Part shown: piece by piece, positions 47,729 through 48,710 of the stretch
How the letters are laid out: each line of letters opens with the position of its first letter
Numbering within the stretch: position 1 is the first letter of the stretch
Source of the DNA: Octopus bimaculoides
Lineage: Eukaryota
Reading direction: 5' to 3'
DNA length: 48,710 nucleotides
NCBI RefSeq assembly: GCF_001194135.2
Contig: NC_069000.1
Location: 24,433,972-24,482,681 of the forward strand
Position numbers and translations under genes: made by a program
The notes under the pieces: model-generated
Seen by the model: only the letters and a program-made list of their open reading frames with translations
The model's database searches: none
What the model was told of the DNA's origin: nothing

Positions 47729-48035
47729 TATAGACATTTATATATGTATGTGCATGATGATAATGATGATGATGATGATATATATTCATATATATATATA
47801 TATATAAATATATATCTTTAACAGTCTGAATAAAGTTTTTGTTTCCCACATTCATTCAGAAGGATTGATTGGCCCTGGGCAATAGTAGAAAACACTTGTT
47901 CAAGATGCCCACTTTTGCAATACATGGTGCAAGTATCTTTAAAAATATGTGGCTATGAAAAGGCATACTTACTGAAATCAGTGAAATTTACACCTGGACA
48001 TCTCACCTAAAAATAAGGCATCAATTCAGACTTAC

Positions 48036-48266
48036 CTCCACGATTAAAGAAAAGTATCAATTTCTCAAGTAAAAGCTCTGGGTATTTGGTATCAGCATGA
48101 GTCATAGCTTGCATAACAACATTGGGAGGTGAACTTTCATTGTGGTGTTGGTTGTAGGCCAGTATTAGTGTCATTAAATCCACTGAAACAGCTTCAGCAA
48201 ACATCATTCCACTTGGAGTCTCAATGAAGTTTAAAACCTTCGCTATTAAAGGGATATCTAAGTAGC
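48036..48266 (-). CDS. NCKIPSD: NCK-interacting protein with SH3 domain (SPIN90/WISH/DIP) homologue, third-last coding exon
   Basis: cacctag acceptor, gtaag donor; LILAYNQHH...NVVMQAM...LLEKLILFFNRG parallels vertebrate LLLALNLH...NVIMAAL...SEKLLLLLNRG as recalled. Confidence 0.88.
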
Positions 48267-48677
48267 CTAGGTGAAAAAAAGTAAATAAAAAAAAAAAGGG
48301 AATGACAAAGTGAATGGGAAATTAAAATAGTAATCATAACATCTAAATGCCTGAGATGAGTTCAGTTAATATTAATGTAGATTGCTAGATCTTGGGAGTT
48401 ATAATTCGCCTCATCTTTAGAGATGGAATATGTTTTAATATTTACATTTATGTTAATAAGAGCAGGTGTGGCTTGCTTCCCAACCATATGGTTTTGGGTT
48501 CAGTCCTGCTGTGCAACACCTTGGGCAGCTATCTTCTATTATAGCTTCAGGTTAAGCAAAGTCTTGCAAGTGGATTTGGAAGATGAAAACTGAAAGAACC
48601 CAGTTGCAAGTGTGTGCATGTGTATATACTTACATATACATATATATACACACACATATATATACATGTATATATAC

Positions 48678-48710
<33 letters not shown>

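Overview
AT-rich, microsatellite- and transposon-dense animal genomic DNA with six N-gaps. It is probably an octopus or other cephalopod, inferred from the repeat landscape and not verified. Two genes converge tail-to-tail. (1) On the + strand, 12 phase-compatible GT-AG exons (690-24190, 5' end outside the window) encode about 756 aa: an animal heme-peroxidase-fold domain, a (TTTTTP)n mucin-like linker and a TSP1-like module. The frame is intact, but the distal His, the heme-ester Asp, the proximal His and its partner Asn are all substituted, so it looks like a conserved pseudo-peroxidase. (2) On the - strand are the last three coding exons of NCKIPSD/SPIN90 (48266-41670). Introns and the intergenic spacer contain a full-length Tc1 relic, a deleted mariner, two GGATC-ended MITEs with 8-bp TSDs and internal telomeric arrays, a 5'-truncated and apparently inverted Ty3/Gypsy element, a head-to-head Penelope-like element, RTE and RLE LINE fragments and many tRNA-derived SINEs. 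Four type I hammerhead-ribozyme motifs occur in two unrelated repeat families, one at the tip of a long rod-like hairpin. All exon, TIR, TSD and RNA-structure calls were made by eye; no database search or folding program was run.
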